From contig RHPI01000003.1 of the NCBI GenBank assembly GCA_009103225.1, forward strand, positions 548,566-612,565: 64,000 nt of DNA. The letters are read 5' to 3'. This DNA is from Chlorokybus atmophyticus (lineage: Eukaryota; Plantae; Mesostigma and Chlorokybus algae). This document shows, piece by piece, positions 52,184 to 63,887 of this stretch. Position 1 is the stretch's first letter, and each line of letters opens with the position of its first letter. A program made the position numbers and the translations under genes. Under the pieces are notes generated by a model. The model saw nothing but the letters and a program-made list of their open reading frames with translations, had not been told where the DNA came from and made no database searches.

Positions 52184-54256
52184 GGTTGCGCACACCAGCA
52201 GCACGACAACCAAGCAGCCAACAGCACCCGCTCAAGCGCTTCTTCCAAACACCATGAAAAGGGAGCTCAGCACCAGCTGTAGCACTGATCAGAACGCACG
52301 CCAGCTATTGTTCAGCTTCACAAAACCTTCACACCAACCTCCGGCAACTCCTCTTAAGCTCCTCCTAAGCTTCTCCCTCAGTGTCGGCCGCCGCGGCTAG
52401 CTGCTACCCAACTTTGCCACGAAGGCACTGTAGTGTGCTGTGCACACATGCTTGGGTGAAGCGAAGGTAGTGTTTTTCCCCAAACCAGATAAAATTGCGT
52501 GTTCGCTGCACCGAACTTCAACACACTCGCACTGGGAACAGAAGACTTTTCTAGCGCAACGATAAGGTTAAAACCTTCCGGCTCAACTGACCAGAATCAG
52601 GTTTATCACTGTGAGTGCACAGCCTATATCTTTAAACACTGCTAGGCAAAGCTGTGGATATCACGACCTATACCCGTAATGGTCTAGACATTCAACCAGG
52701 ATCCGCGCCTTTGAAGATATTGTTTCTAACGGGGTTTTGGCCGAAACACGACAGACCAAAAACGTCAAAACTACCAACTGATGGTGGAACTTTTATCCAT
52801 TCAGGCCGACGCTATGCGCGCAGCAGTCGACGTGGCCCAATTGCAGGGCCTGTGCCCGATAGTGCGCAACGGAGGGGAAGCGCAACTGAAGGGGTCCCTT
52901 GTCCCGAAACCGCCGTTGAAACCGAAGTCAGGCGTTAAACAGGTTGGGGGGCACACTCGCTACGCTTACGATGGAAACTCCGCGTATAGCGAAAACTATA
53001 GGCCTTTTTGTCGCTTCCAAGCGTTTGCGATACGTCAGAGTGGCTTTCTCCTCAACTACGGAGCGAGTGGTGCCCCCCAACCTGGATCTGTTGGTTTACT
53101 GGTTGATGCGGTTGTAACCGCGCCCAGAGCCTGAGCAGGGACGGCCAGCTGCCGCCGTTAGCAGAACAGTTAAGTCAATCCTGCCACGCGGAAAGCTCGT
53201 AAGCGCACGTCTTTTTATGTATGAATAAGTGGATAATCGGTGATGAGGTGGACGCTGTCGTGGCCGCAGGGGAGCGCCGATTGTGCAAGGAAACATGGAA
53301 AACCACCGAAAAGAGACTATCGCCGCGTGCCGGGCTGGTTGCTTCCGCATGATTGAGCAGCAGTGCGCAATTTCATTTGGGGAATTTGCACTGTGGCAAT
53401 CTGGCCGAATCCACAGCGTTTGTTGGTGTTTTCACACATTGAAATTTTGGTAAATCGCTCACCATCCAAACCGGTTGTCCAGGCAGGCTCGCCCCTGCAG
53501 ACTGTACATCAGTTTTGCATTGCTTAGTAGACACTGTCACAGCCAGATCACTAGAACTTCTGAAACTTGGTAAGCGTCATATTTAGCGTCATAATGGTGT
53601 TTGAGATGGTCTACTAGCTACATTGCATGCAAGCACTTGTTTTACATGGTAAGGTTGTTGCTTAACCATCAACAAGAGTTTATGTGACAACATAATACTT
53701 TCAACGTCAACGCAATTCAATAGTATGAGTAGTGGACAATATATGAAATATCATATATAATGTTATTAAAATCTTATAAGTGCAAGATCTTACAGGTCAG
53801 GTCCTTCACTGCAAGTCGTCCCATGAGCAAAGGTGGGTGTAAGGGTGGGTAGAATATGAAAAAGTTTTGTTATGTAATTGCGTAATTGAACCATAAATAC
53901 GGCTACGGTGTGACATGTTTATGGTAGAAATTAATGTAAAAAATACGACTTTGACCGGATGGCTTTCTATGTGACAATGCCATGCACCGTGCAAGTTGCA
54001 CGACGCGTGTCAAGAATGTTTGAATGCATGTTATAAATGCAAACCTCAACACCTTGGACGTGTCGACGTTGCTGTAATGATTACAACCGCCTGGTAATTA
54101 AGGGCAACATTAATGCGCGCACACACAGTGCTAACAATGGCATGTTAAAGGGTTGCCGAATGCAAGCTCAAAAATGTGTTTTTGTTAACAGTGTTTTAAT
54201 TACATGCTTATATTTTTGATATCATGGCATTCAAATATTTGTACCATATGGCATTT

Positions 54257-54582
54257 TGTCAGGAGAGGGGGTGCTCCCTCCTCCCTTTAATCCCCTACCC
54301 CAACACCACCAGCCACGACGCCCACGCCGCCGCCGCCAGGGGGAACTGCCGAAGCAGAAGATCCCCTGGCTGTGGCGTTAGCAGCGCCGCCATGCGGCTG
54401 ATATCGACATGAGACTCATGTCTCATGTCGATATCAGTGTTACAGATAAGTAACACTACATTAAGGCCTTAACATAAGTTAACGGCCCTAATATGGCTTA
54501 ATAGGCTGTATAATCCCGTTGGGACCCTTATTTAATCCTAAATAAAGGCGGGGAACCTCTATGCAGGTAGCACACCGTTACA
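54257..54582 (-). repeat. 3' LTR of family B element
   Basis: TG...CA termini; direct repeat of 60864-61201. Confidence 0.96.
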
Positions 54583-54704
54583 TTCCCCCCCACCTAGGTT
54601 TCAATGTCCTCATTGAAGGGTTAGCAAAGCCCCACCACGAGTAAAGAAACGAAAGTAGTAAGAGAATCAGGGCCGAAGCGGTAAAAATGTTTGCCAGCAC
54701 CCTT

Positions 54705-57700
54705 TTACCGTCCGCGTGTGGACACAGTACTCCTGTAAACCCGAAGAATTTTCTGGCAGTTGGTAAGATTCCTTTTGGGCTCCCATGTATTGTGCTCAAC
54801 ATCATACCCTTTCCATTTCACCAAGTAAGACGGCGCGCGTCCGCGTCGAGGCTTACGATGCCTCAGGATTGCTTCCACCTCATACTCGAAAGTATCGTCG
54901 CCATCCACTGCAACGGGGGGTGGAGGAGGTTGAACCCGACCGTCAGAACGGTACGGTTTCAGTACACTCACATGAAACACATTGTGAATACGTATCGATT
55001 TTGGCAAGTCCAAACGATACGCGTGAGTGCCGACCCGATCAATCACTTTAAACGGGCCTATCCAGCGAGGGAAAAACTTGCGGGTACCCACTCCTTTGAT
55101 GGATATGTTTTTGGTGCTGACAAGCACCGAACAGCCCACATCGTAGTTGGCCTCTCTACGATGCGCATCAGCATGGGCTTTTTGTCTGTCTTGCGCTGCG
55201 CGCAAACAGTCCTTTGCCAATGCTAACCTATCCTGCATGGCCGAAGCCATCTCGCGCGCTGCAGGCACGCGAGTTATGTCGGTAGCGGGCAATTTAATGT
55301 TTGCGGGACTCAGTGGATGCACTCCATAATTCAAGAAACACGGAGTTTCCTGCACACTCTCTTGCCATGCATTGTTAATCGCGAACTCAGCCAATGGGAG
55401 ATAAACATCCCAATCAAATTGGTTCGGACTCACATAATGCCGGATGGTTTCCTCAATTACTTGATTGGCGCGCTCTGTCTGACCATCCGTCTGTGGATGG
55501 TACGCTGTGCTCATGTTCTGCTGAATATGTAAGAAGATGCATAGCGACTTCCAAAACTGAGCTATATATCGCGGATCGCGATCAGACACGAAGTTACGAG
55601 GCAAGCCATGTAACTTAAACACAGAGACGACAAAAACCATCGCTAATTCACGGGAGCCTATTTCCGTGCGGCAAGGGACAATGTGAACCATTTTTGTTAA
55701 ACGATCCACAAAAATTGCAACCGCAGTGTGCCCTATTGCTGTCTCTGGGAGCTCGGTAATTAGGTCCATACTCACACTTTCCCACTTGCCATCAGGAACA
55801 AGCAAAGGTCGCAGCAACCTCGCGGGTTTCTGACGTAACGGCTTGTCACGCTGACATTTATCACACGTGTCAACATAATGCTTCACGTCAACAGGCAACG
55901 ATGACCACCGCTACAACTGTTGTGCTGCCTTAGTAGTCTTGCGACCGCCAAAGTGCTCAGCATGCGGTGGATCGCGTACTTCAGCTATGCATTTTATGCG
56001 CAACCCAGCATGGTCAGGTATCACCAAGCTGGCGCCCATATAATACAAGTTGTCTCTTTTGTCAAGCTGTTGTACATTCTGTTGTACAGAGAACCATGGG
56101 TCTAATTCATACCCCTGTAAAACAGCTTGCACAAACTCATCATCAGGAGGCAATGTACCCTGCGTTGCAAGCAACTGCGCACGCATAACTGCCAACAATG
56201 ACGGACAGTGACTCAGAGGATCTGCCACGTTGGTCCTGCCCGGCCGGTATACCCATTCAAAGGTAAACCGCGACAAGAACTCATTCCAGCGAGCTTGCCT
56301 ACGCGACAAGTTTAGTTGTGTTGAGAAGTACACCAACGGGTTGTGATCAGTCACCACTATGAACTGAACTCCCTCCAAGTAACATCGCCATGTTTCAAGA
56401 GCATGCACTATACCAAGCAATTCCTGCTCAGTGGTAGTGTAGTTCACCTCTGCCGGGATGAATTTTCTACTCTCATAAGCACATGGTTGGCCATCCTGTA
56501 GCAATACTGCACCACACCCAAGGGTGGAGGCATCGCTAATCACAGTGAAGTGTTTATCCCAATTTGGCAATGCCAATACTGGTGCCGAAGTCAAAGCCAG
56601 CTTCACTTGTTGCATAGCAGCTTCTTGTGCTGCTGTCCAAGAGAATGGGGCATCCTTTCGCAACAGTTTTGTCAAAGGCACCACAACTGTAGAGTACCCC
56701 ATCATAAACTTGCGAAAGTAGTTTGCCAACCCCAAGAATGATCGTAATGATGGATATTCTTAGGTTGAGGCCAATCTTTTACCACTTGCACTTTGCGAGG
56801 GTCAGGTTTGACACCCGCACCACTCACAATATGCCCTAAAGATGGCAACTCTGTCTTGCAAAAGTCACACTTTGACAAGTTGGCAAACAAGCGATGTGTA
56901 CGCAGCAAGGCGAACACCGCTTCCAAGTGCTGCTTATGCTCTTCCTTGGTTTTACTACAGACAATGATGTCATCCAAGTAAACCATAACTTATGGTTTAC
57001 TTGGATGAAGTATGTTGAACATACTTGCCAAGTATGCCACTAAAAACCTTATTCATTTCTTTCTGAAACATTGCGGGCGCATTAGTCAATCCAAAAGGTA
57101 ACACTTTGTATTCATAATGGCCCGAAGGTGTTCTGAACGCTGTCTTGTAAACATCAGAAGGATGAATCCGGATTTGATGATACCCACTTGTCAAGTCCAA
57201 CGTACTAAAGTACGCATTACCCGACAATTTATCAAACACATCATCAATCCGGGGCAACGGGTATCGATTCTTTACCGTGATCTTGTTCAAAGCACGGTAA
57301 TCCACACACATGCGCAGCTTTTCATTCTTTTTCATCACAAACAAGATGGGCGCGCCAAAGGGTGAAGAATTCGGTTCAATCAATCCCTTTTCCAATAACT
57401 CTTTGATTTGAGTTTTCATTTCCCCCCTCTCTCGGGGGCTCAGCCGATATATAGGCTGAAACGGAGGCTCACTATTAGGAATGAGTGGTATTGTGTGTCC
57501 GACACCTCGATCAGGAGGTAAGCCTGGCAACTCATTTGAGAACACATCTTGATATTTCTCAATGATGTCTGCAACACCTTCAGTATTTCCCGGCACAAAG
57601 TCGTCCGACGACGTCAAGTGTACCAGAAAAGCCGGTGTGTTTTTGCGCAACGCACGTTTCACTTGCAATGCAGTGAGTAGCGCTGGGTCGGGCTGCTTGT

Positions 57701-58500
57701 GGTCCAAGCTATGTGACCCTTTCACAGACAATGTTACACGCTTACGACCTTTCTTTACTGTGCACAAGCGTGCCCCAGTATCCAATATCATTTTTACATT
57801 CTCCTGCCATTTTTGTCCTAATACCACATCAACACCTGATATGTCGATGGATACCACTATGAAAGTAAGAGTGGCATGATAATTACCAATCTTTATTTTT
57901 ATTTTCATTTCCCCTTTCACTGGCAACGCACCCCTGCACCGGCAGCTCAAAATGCAGAGGGTTTACACGCTATCTTGTTGCGCACAACCCATTGTTCCTC
58001 AACGAAATTGTGTGTTGCACCAGTGTCAATCAAGAACGAACTATTACCCCCTGCATTGTGCCACTGAATGTCCACAACAGAGGTACTACCCGTCCTTGAA
58101 ATGTAGCCAAGAGTCCGTGCCTAATGCGAGGGTTGAGTAAGATTGCTGATAATCGCACTGTCCCTGTTTCACGCTTGCTAAATTGCTTCAACACAGTTCC
58201 CCCTCGAGTGTGTTTCAACCATGGGCCATGATATTTATGCACCATCACTACCACACTTAAGGTTCTGTGCTTACTTTGCAACTTGGTCAAAGTGTGCAAC
58301 ACATTGGTAAGCATGTTAAACTCCACATGTACCAACACACAAGCATTCTCTTCCACCTTTTCAACATCAAAAAGTGGCAACCTGTTATGTGCTTGCCATG
58401 CATGCGTCATTACATGCACTTGGGACAGCTCATCAACCCAGTTTGCCACTAGTACAAGCAACTGGTTATCAACCACTCCTACATCAGTCACGGCGTAATC
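54705..58500 (-). pseudogene. pol of family B: extra domain, protease, RT, RNase H, integrase, chromodomain (frameshifts and stops)
   Basis: [61 protein letters not shown], and YEVEAIL...YLVKWKGYDVEHNTWEP. Confidence 0.95.
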
Positions 58501-59969
58501 CTATTCATCCTTCTTGGCCTTGCCCTTCCCCTTGGTTGGGCAGTTCTTTGCGATGTGGCCAGGCTGATGACAGACGTAACAGGTGCGAGCCGCAGCAGGC
58601 ATGCTACCACCAGTAGGTGCGCCACTGGTAGAAGCACCAAATGTCTTCGCCTTCCTTGCCAGGTGTGCACTCGGATGAGAGAAACGCTTTCCTCCCACCC
58701 CCGGCGGCTTAGCCGAAACTGCCACATGTGACTTGTCCTGCACCGTCGTGTCATCATTGTACAGGTACACGCTCAACTTCTGCAGCTTGGCCAAGTCCTC
58801 TGCAACCCAAGGAAGTCCCGTTGCCGTGTTGTACTGCAGCTGATCACGCACACGCGCATCCAAGCCGCGCTTGTACAACTGAAACTGCTCGGCCTTGTCC
58901 ATGGGCATGAGGCCGCTGTTCGCACGACCCACCAATGCCTGAAACTCCTGTAGATAGGTTGAGGCCGCCCGACCATTCTGGCGCAACTTGCTGAGCTCGT
59001 TGCGAGCCTGAGTAGCCGGGTCCATGCCACCATAGCGTTCCATCAGGAACTGGAAAAGTGCCTCCACTGTCTTGGCAGCACCATCTTCTGTCTGCCTCGC
59101 CCATTCGGCGAGAGCATCAGATGGCATGAGCAACTCAGCAACAGCAATGTGCTCATTAACCGGGCGCTTGAGTGCTGTCAAGTAGTGCTCGACAGTGACC
59201 ACCAATCATGAGTGCTGACGCTGCCGTTAGGCTTGAACTTCTCAGGCTTGTTCAGAGCTGTCACCGGCAGACCTGCTGATGCCCCAGCTGCCGAAGTAGC
59301 ACCTGCCACCTGTTGGCGCAGCGCCACCAACTCAGCCTGCATGGCATCGAGGAGTGCCGTTAACGGCACTCGGCCAGTCAACTTGTCTTCCAAGTTAGGT
59401 CCCAAGTACCAGAACACATCCTTGCAACGCTGTGAGGTTTCCACTCCCAAGTTGGCCAAAGCCTCAAACGCCATTCGCTTGCCTTGATAAGGGAGAGGCT
59501 TATCATATACGGCCATAATAGCTGCCACTTTTGGCTCACCTCGCACGAGTGGCGGGATGTTGTTCGTCAGCTCATGTTCGAGCATGCGGATCACCATCTC
59601 CTTGCTTGCACGAGGGAGTATGGCAAAGTCTGTCTCATAGCCATTACGAACCGTCTGCGCCCATGCTTCCCACGTTTTCTGACGAAGCCGAGGGTGGGCA
59701 GCAAGTAGAGCTTTACGCTCTTCTGCATACTTCTCAATGGCCCCGCCAATGACACTGTGACTGTCCACTGCAGCTGGTGCACTATGAGTGTCCACTGGTG
59801 CACTTTGAGAAGACTGGTTGGGAGAAGCTTCGCTGTCTTGCTTAGCTCCTTCCTTCTCACTGTTAGTAAGCTTATAGCTTTCACTCGTATCAGAGTAGTT
59901 CACTTCCTCTTCACTCGATGGCTCATATGATGTGGACTTCTCCACATCATCCCCTCCTCGGTCAGACAT
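58501..59969 (-). pseudogene. gag of family B with a long N-terminal extension and a CCHC knuckle (one frameshift)
   Basis: NKPEKFKP...LRQNGRAASTYLQEF...CYVCHQPGHIAKNC; ATG at 59969. Confidence 0.88.
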
Positions 59970-60863
59970 CTGCCCAAGAATACAAGCCGTCAATAGTAGA
60001 AGTGTGCAAGTGCACAAAACACCCAAGTTGTGCACTGCAAAAGTGTCAAAATCTATAGATTTTGTCTCGTCAAGTTTCAAGTGCTTAACGTGGAGTATTC
60101 AGCTGAAACAAGAGCTCTCCACACACCTTTCAACTAGACACTCAAGTTGAAACAAACCGCACGCGAATCCACGCGGCGGTTCACAAGTTACAACTTGTCA
60201 AAGTTTGCACTTTGTACAACTCAGCTCAACCCACAATTGTAATTGACACACAGGGTGCCAAAATCTCATTGAATCAACCATACAGGCTGATATCAACGAA
60301 TTGTGAGTTGTGAGTTTGATATCGGCCGCACAGAGTGACTCTGGCGGCCTCACCGCACTGACTGGCGGTAACGGCAGCCGATGTTGCCACCGGACTGCCT
60401 CACAAGGGTTGGTCTTGCGAAAACTATTTCACACCCTTTACACCACCACGAATCCACGTGGTGGCAAGTCACAACACAAGCACAAGCACAGTATGTTATC
60501 ACAATAATGTGATTACAAGTGATCTGCTGGGCATGCAATGCTTGGGGGGGGCTGCCTAAGTAGCCGCCTCCCCTTCACGCAAGCTAACAAGCCTGGCTAG
60601 GCAGGGCAGGGCAAGGCAAGCAAAACAAGGCTAAGCTAGGCTAAGCACCAGCAGCAATTATAACTATTATAACAACAACAACAACAACAACAACTAGCTA
60701 ACAACTACCACTACCCACCATAGTGGGTAGCGGCTGCTAGTTGCCGCCGCTGCAGTCGCTGCCGCCTGCCGCCACTGGTTAGTGCTGCCGCCTGCCGCCA
60801 CAGTCGCTGCCGGCTGCCGCCGCCCCTCCCACAAGCCCCTCGCCGCCCGCGCTCCGATACCAA

Positions 60864-61201
60864 TGTTAGGAGAGGGGGTGCTCCCTCCTCCCTTTAATCC
60901 CCTACCCCAACACCACCACCAGCCACGACGCCCACGACGCCGCCGCCAGGGGGAACTGCCGAAGCAGAAGATCCCCTGGCTGTGGCGGTCGCTGCGTTAG
61001 CAGCGCCGCCATGCGGCTGATATCGACATGAGACTCACGTCTCATGTCGGTATCAGTGTTACAGATAAGTAACACGATATTAGGGCCTTAACATAAGTTA
61101 ACGGCCCTAATATGGCTTAATAGGCTGTATAACCCCGTTGGGACCCTTATTTAATCATAAATAAGGGCGGGGAACCTCTATGGAGGTAGCACACCGTTAC
61201 A
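60864..61201 (-). repeat. 5' LTR of family B element
   Basis: Adjacent to the PBS; direct repeat of 54257-54582. Confidence 0.96.
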
Positions 61202-61281
61202 CATTTACATCATATTATTACACACAGCACGAAGTCAACCTCAAGTAGGCTATGATACCACCGCATATCATTATCGTTGTA

Positions 61282-61517
61282 TTACACGCACCTATGCCCA
61301 TCTGTTGACTGAATCATATTAAGTTATTATTATTATTATTCGATGATTTCAACATATAATAGCTCTTGCATGCATGGGTATGTTTATGGTTATTATATCA
61401 ATTGTAATAACGTTTGCAAGTCTCATTATGCACTATTTTTATTTATATGTTGAAATCATCGAATAATAATAATAATAACTTAATATGATTCAATCAACAG
61501 ATGGGCATAGGTGCGTG

Positions 61518-61520
<3 letters not shown>
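61282..61520. mobile_element. MITE/fold-back element with 78-bp TIRs and TA flanks (Tc1/mariner-type TSD)
   Basis: 61282-61359 and 61443-61520 are reverse complements with one mismatch. TA lies on both sides, and the right TA continues into (TA)n. Confidence 0.88.

Positions 61521-61559
<39 letters not shown>
61521..61559. repeat. (TA)n microsatellite
   Basis: Directly visible. Confidence 0.97.
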
Positions 61560-61561
<2 letters not shown>

Positions 61562-61597
61562 CCAGCGCTGCTAGCAGTAGCACAATAGCTTTGATAA

Positions 61598-62102
61598 TGT
61601 CACAAATTGGGATAAACTGTGACGGACGTCACTCATGGTGTCTTTTACTACCATAGCCTAGCGGTCGGGCGCCAATTGTTACAATGGTGACGGAGCTTGA
61701 CGTCTCAGGTTCAATTTCCGTAGGGGACTGAGGCAGATCCAAGGCAAAAACAAAAACATTTGGGGCGGCTTGCCCTAGGCTGGGTGCGGGATTACGACCT
61801 GCGCGCTGAGCCAGTTCAACTTAAGGCCGCGTAAGCGGTCGCGCTGCGATGGCAGGTCGCGCGGTAAGGATGGCCGGTCGGTCGGTCAAGACCGTTCGTG
61901 GGCCGGATCCAACAAGCCGAGGGCAGACCAATCGTGGTACAGTCGCGAACACGGCGACGTGGGCTAGTGGCTCATTGGATTATGAGGAACTCATGGGTTA
62001 AATTGGGGAGGAATGTCACGAATTGGGATAAATTGTGACAGACCTCACTCATTGTAGTGTCTTTTACTACCATAGCCTAGTGGTCGGGCCCCAATTGTTA
62101 CA
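61598..62102 (+). mobile_element. TRIM (terminal-repeat retrotransposon in miniature), 505 bp
   Basis: 86- and 89-bp TG...CA direct repeats (61598-61683 and 62014-62102), PBS-like TGGTGACGGAGC, PPT GGGGAGGAA, 5-bp TSD GATAA, non-coding interior. Confidence 0.93.
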
Positions 62103-63156
62103 GATAATGATGCTGAACAATGTTAAAGATATGCATATATCTTCAGCTATATTTAAAGCAGAGGTTGCGCACCTTCAGGTTTTTTGTGCATTTACTTGTG
62201 ATAAAGTGCTCAACACATGAAAGCTTCCTTGTACATCATGATGACACGCCCAAAACGCTGGCAAAAGTCACTCTCAGTTTCTTACTTATGTAATAAGTAA
62301 GAGGAACTAAGCAAGGATTCCGCATGCCTTGGTGTGTAGCACTTGGCATGTGTGCTTATGCGGTCCTTGTCGACTTGGTAGCTTGGGCTATGTAGCTGCA
62401 CAAGGCACTGTATATCAGCACGCACAGGGCTGTTCGGTGCCATATGTTCATGACTTATGGAGTGCCAGTGCTGCCAGCACGGTGCTATAGGGGCAGCATA
62501 TGTGCTGTAAGTGGCAAATTGTAAGTCAATTATGCGGTGTGCCACTATGATGTGTTATGAACAATTGCATGACGTTGTGGAGGTTCACAAATCCGAGGTT
62601 TGATAATCCTTGAGGTTGATGTCATGTGATGGGACAGGTCCTGTGTTGGACACAGTCATCATGTGCTGCTAGATTAGCACACAGTGACAAGGCCTTCGAT
62701 CTTGGAATGGTGTGTGTTAGGTCAGGAGAGCGGCAAGTGGTATAAAAGCTCAGTAGCTATTTTGATTAGGATGGATCAGAGTGTGTTCACCACTCAAGCG
62801 CCACTTGTGTGGGGTGCATGGTTTGTCGCTGTTAAAGGGGCTCTCCCCTCATCCCTAGTGGCGTGTGTGTGTGGCATTGCTTGGTGACTGCACTGGTTGG
62901 GGGGGGGGGGGGGGGGCTTGCNGTCATCCTCTCCTACCAGACACTGGTGCTATGTCTCCCCACCACGAGGTGGTGCACCAAAGTGTGTTGTGCATAAGTT
63001 CTTGTGCATAAGTTGGTAAGGCTCACGAGCAGGTAAATACGTGGTCTTGTTACAATGATGCTTGCTATATAACAACATACCATAATAGCATTTTGCAGCT
63101 ATTGGCCAAATGCATGTGCACATAGTACACGTCAATAGCCATATGCTGTGCGTAAA

Positions 63157-63494
63157 TGTAACGGTGTGCTACCTCCATAGAGGTTCCCCGCCCTTATTTA
63201 GGATTAAATAAGGGTCCCAACGGGGTTATACAGCCTATTAAGCCATATTAGGGCCGTTAACTTATGTTAAGGCCCTAATATCGTGTTACTTATCTGTGAC
63301 ACTGATATCGACATGAGACATGAGTCTCATGTCAATATCAGCCGCATGGCGGCGCTGCTAACGCAGCGACCGCCACAGCCAGAGGATCTTCTGCTTCGGC
63401 AGTTCCCCCTGGCGGCGGCGTCGTGGGCGTCGTGGCTGGTGGTGGTGTTGGGGTAGGGGATTAAAGGGAGGAGGGAGCACCCCCTCTCCTGACA
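63157..63494 (+). mobile_element. Solo LTR of family B, opposite orientation to the full element
   Basis: Reverse complement of 60864-61201. Flanks GTAAA/GTAGC give an imperfect TSD, and there is no adjacent PBS or PPT. Confidence 0.93.
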
Positions 63495-63887
63495 GTAGCT
63501 TTTTTGTTGACCCCCCCCCCGCTTCCTTCCTTCCTTCCTTCCTTCCATGCGCAAGCCCCCATGCTTGAATTGCATAAGCAAGCATGATGGAGCCGGAGGG
63601 GGCTCGAAGGGCTCGAACTCGCCCGATAAACTTTGTTTAGCTATGTGTACTGCGCAAGAGGCGGGCTTGTAAATTCAATCAATCAAACGATTGCATACAA
63701 TGTAAGTCAGACTTTATTATAGTGATTCCAGTAAAAATGATAACTAATAACAAAGTATGCTATTTTAGTAATATATATTATTATCAGATATTACCCGAGG
63801 CGTCTTGCGTGCACTACAAAGCCTACTATCACGCAAACCGCATACGTTTATGTGTCTGGACCAATTGGCAGTGTAGTGGACAGATAA

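Larger units (their letters stand above)
54257..61201 (-). mobile_element. Full-length Ty3/gypsy chromovirus LTR retrotransposon (family B), decayed
   Basis: LTRs at 54257-54582 and 60864-61201, TSD CATTT on both sides (54252-56 and 61202-06), PBS TGGTATCGGAGC, PPT at 54583-54595. Internal gag-CCHC, PR (FLIDTGATHNF), RT, RNase H, integrase and chromodomain. Confidence 0.97.

Noticed and set aside
54224-54412. Small ORFs repeated in each family B LTR
   Set aside because: They arise from GC-rich LTR sequence, their starts differ between copies and they have no protein features.
61645-61725. tRNA-like A-box/B-box pattern across the TRIM LTR-PBS junction (Cassandra-like Pol III idea)
   Set aside because: Stems do not pair, the box spacing is too long and the B-box is imperfect. 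The LTR/PBS explanation is sufficient.
63585-63630. GGGGGCTCGAAGGGCTCGAA motif as a MITE terminus
   Set aside because: No matching opposite terminus or TSD was found in the window.
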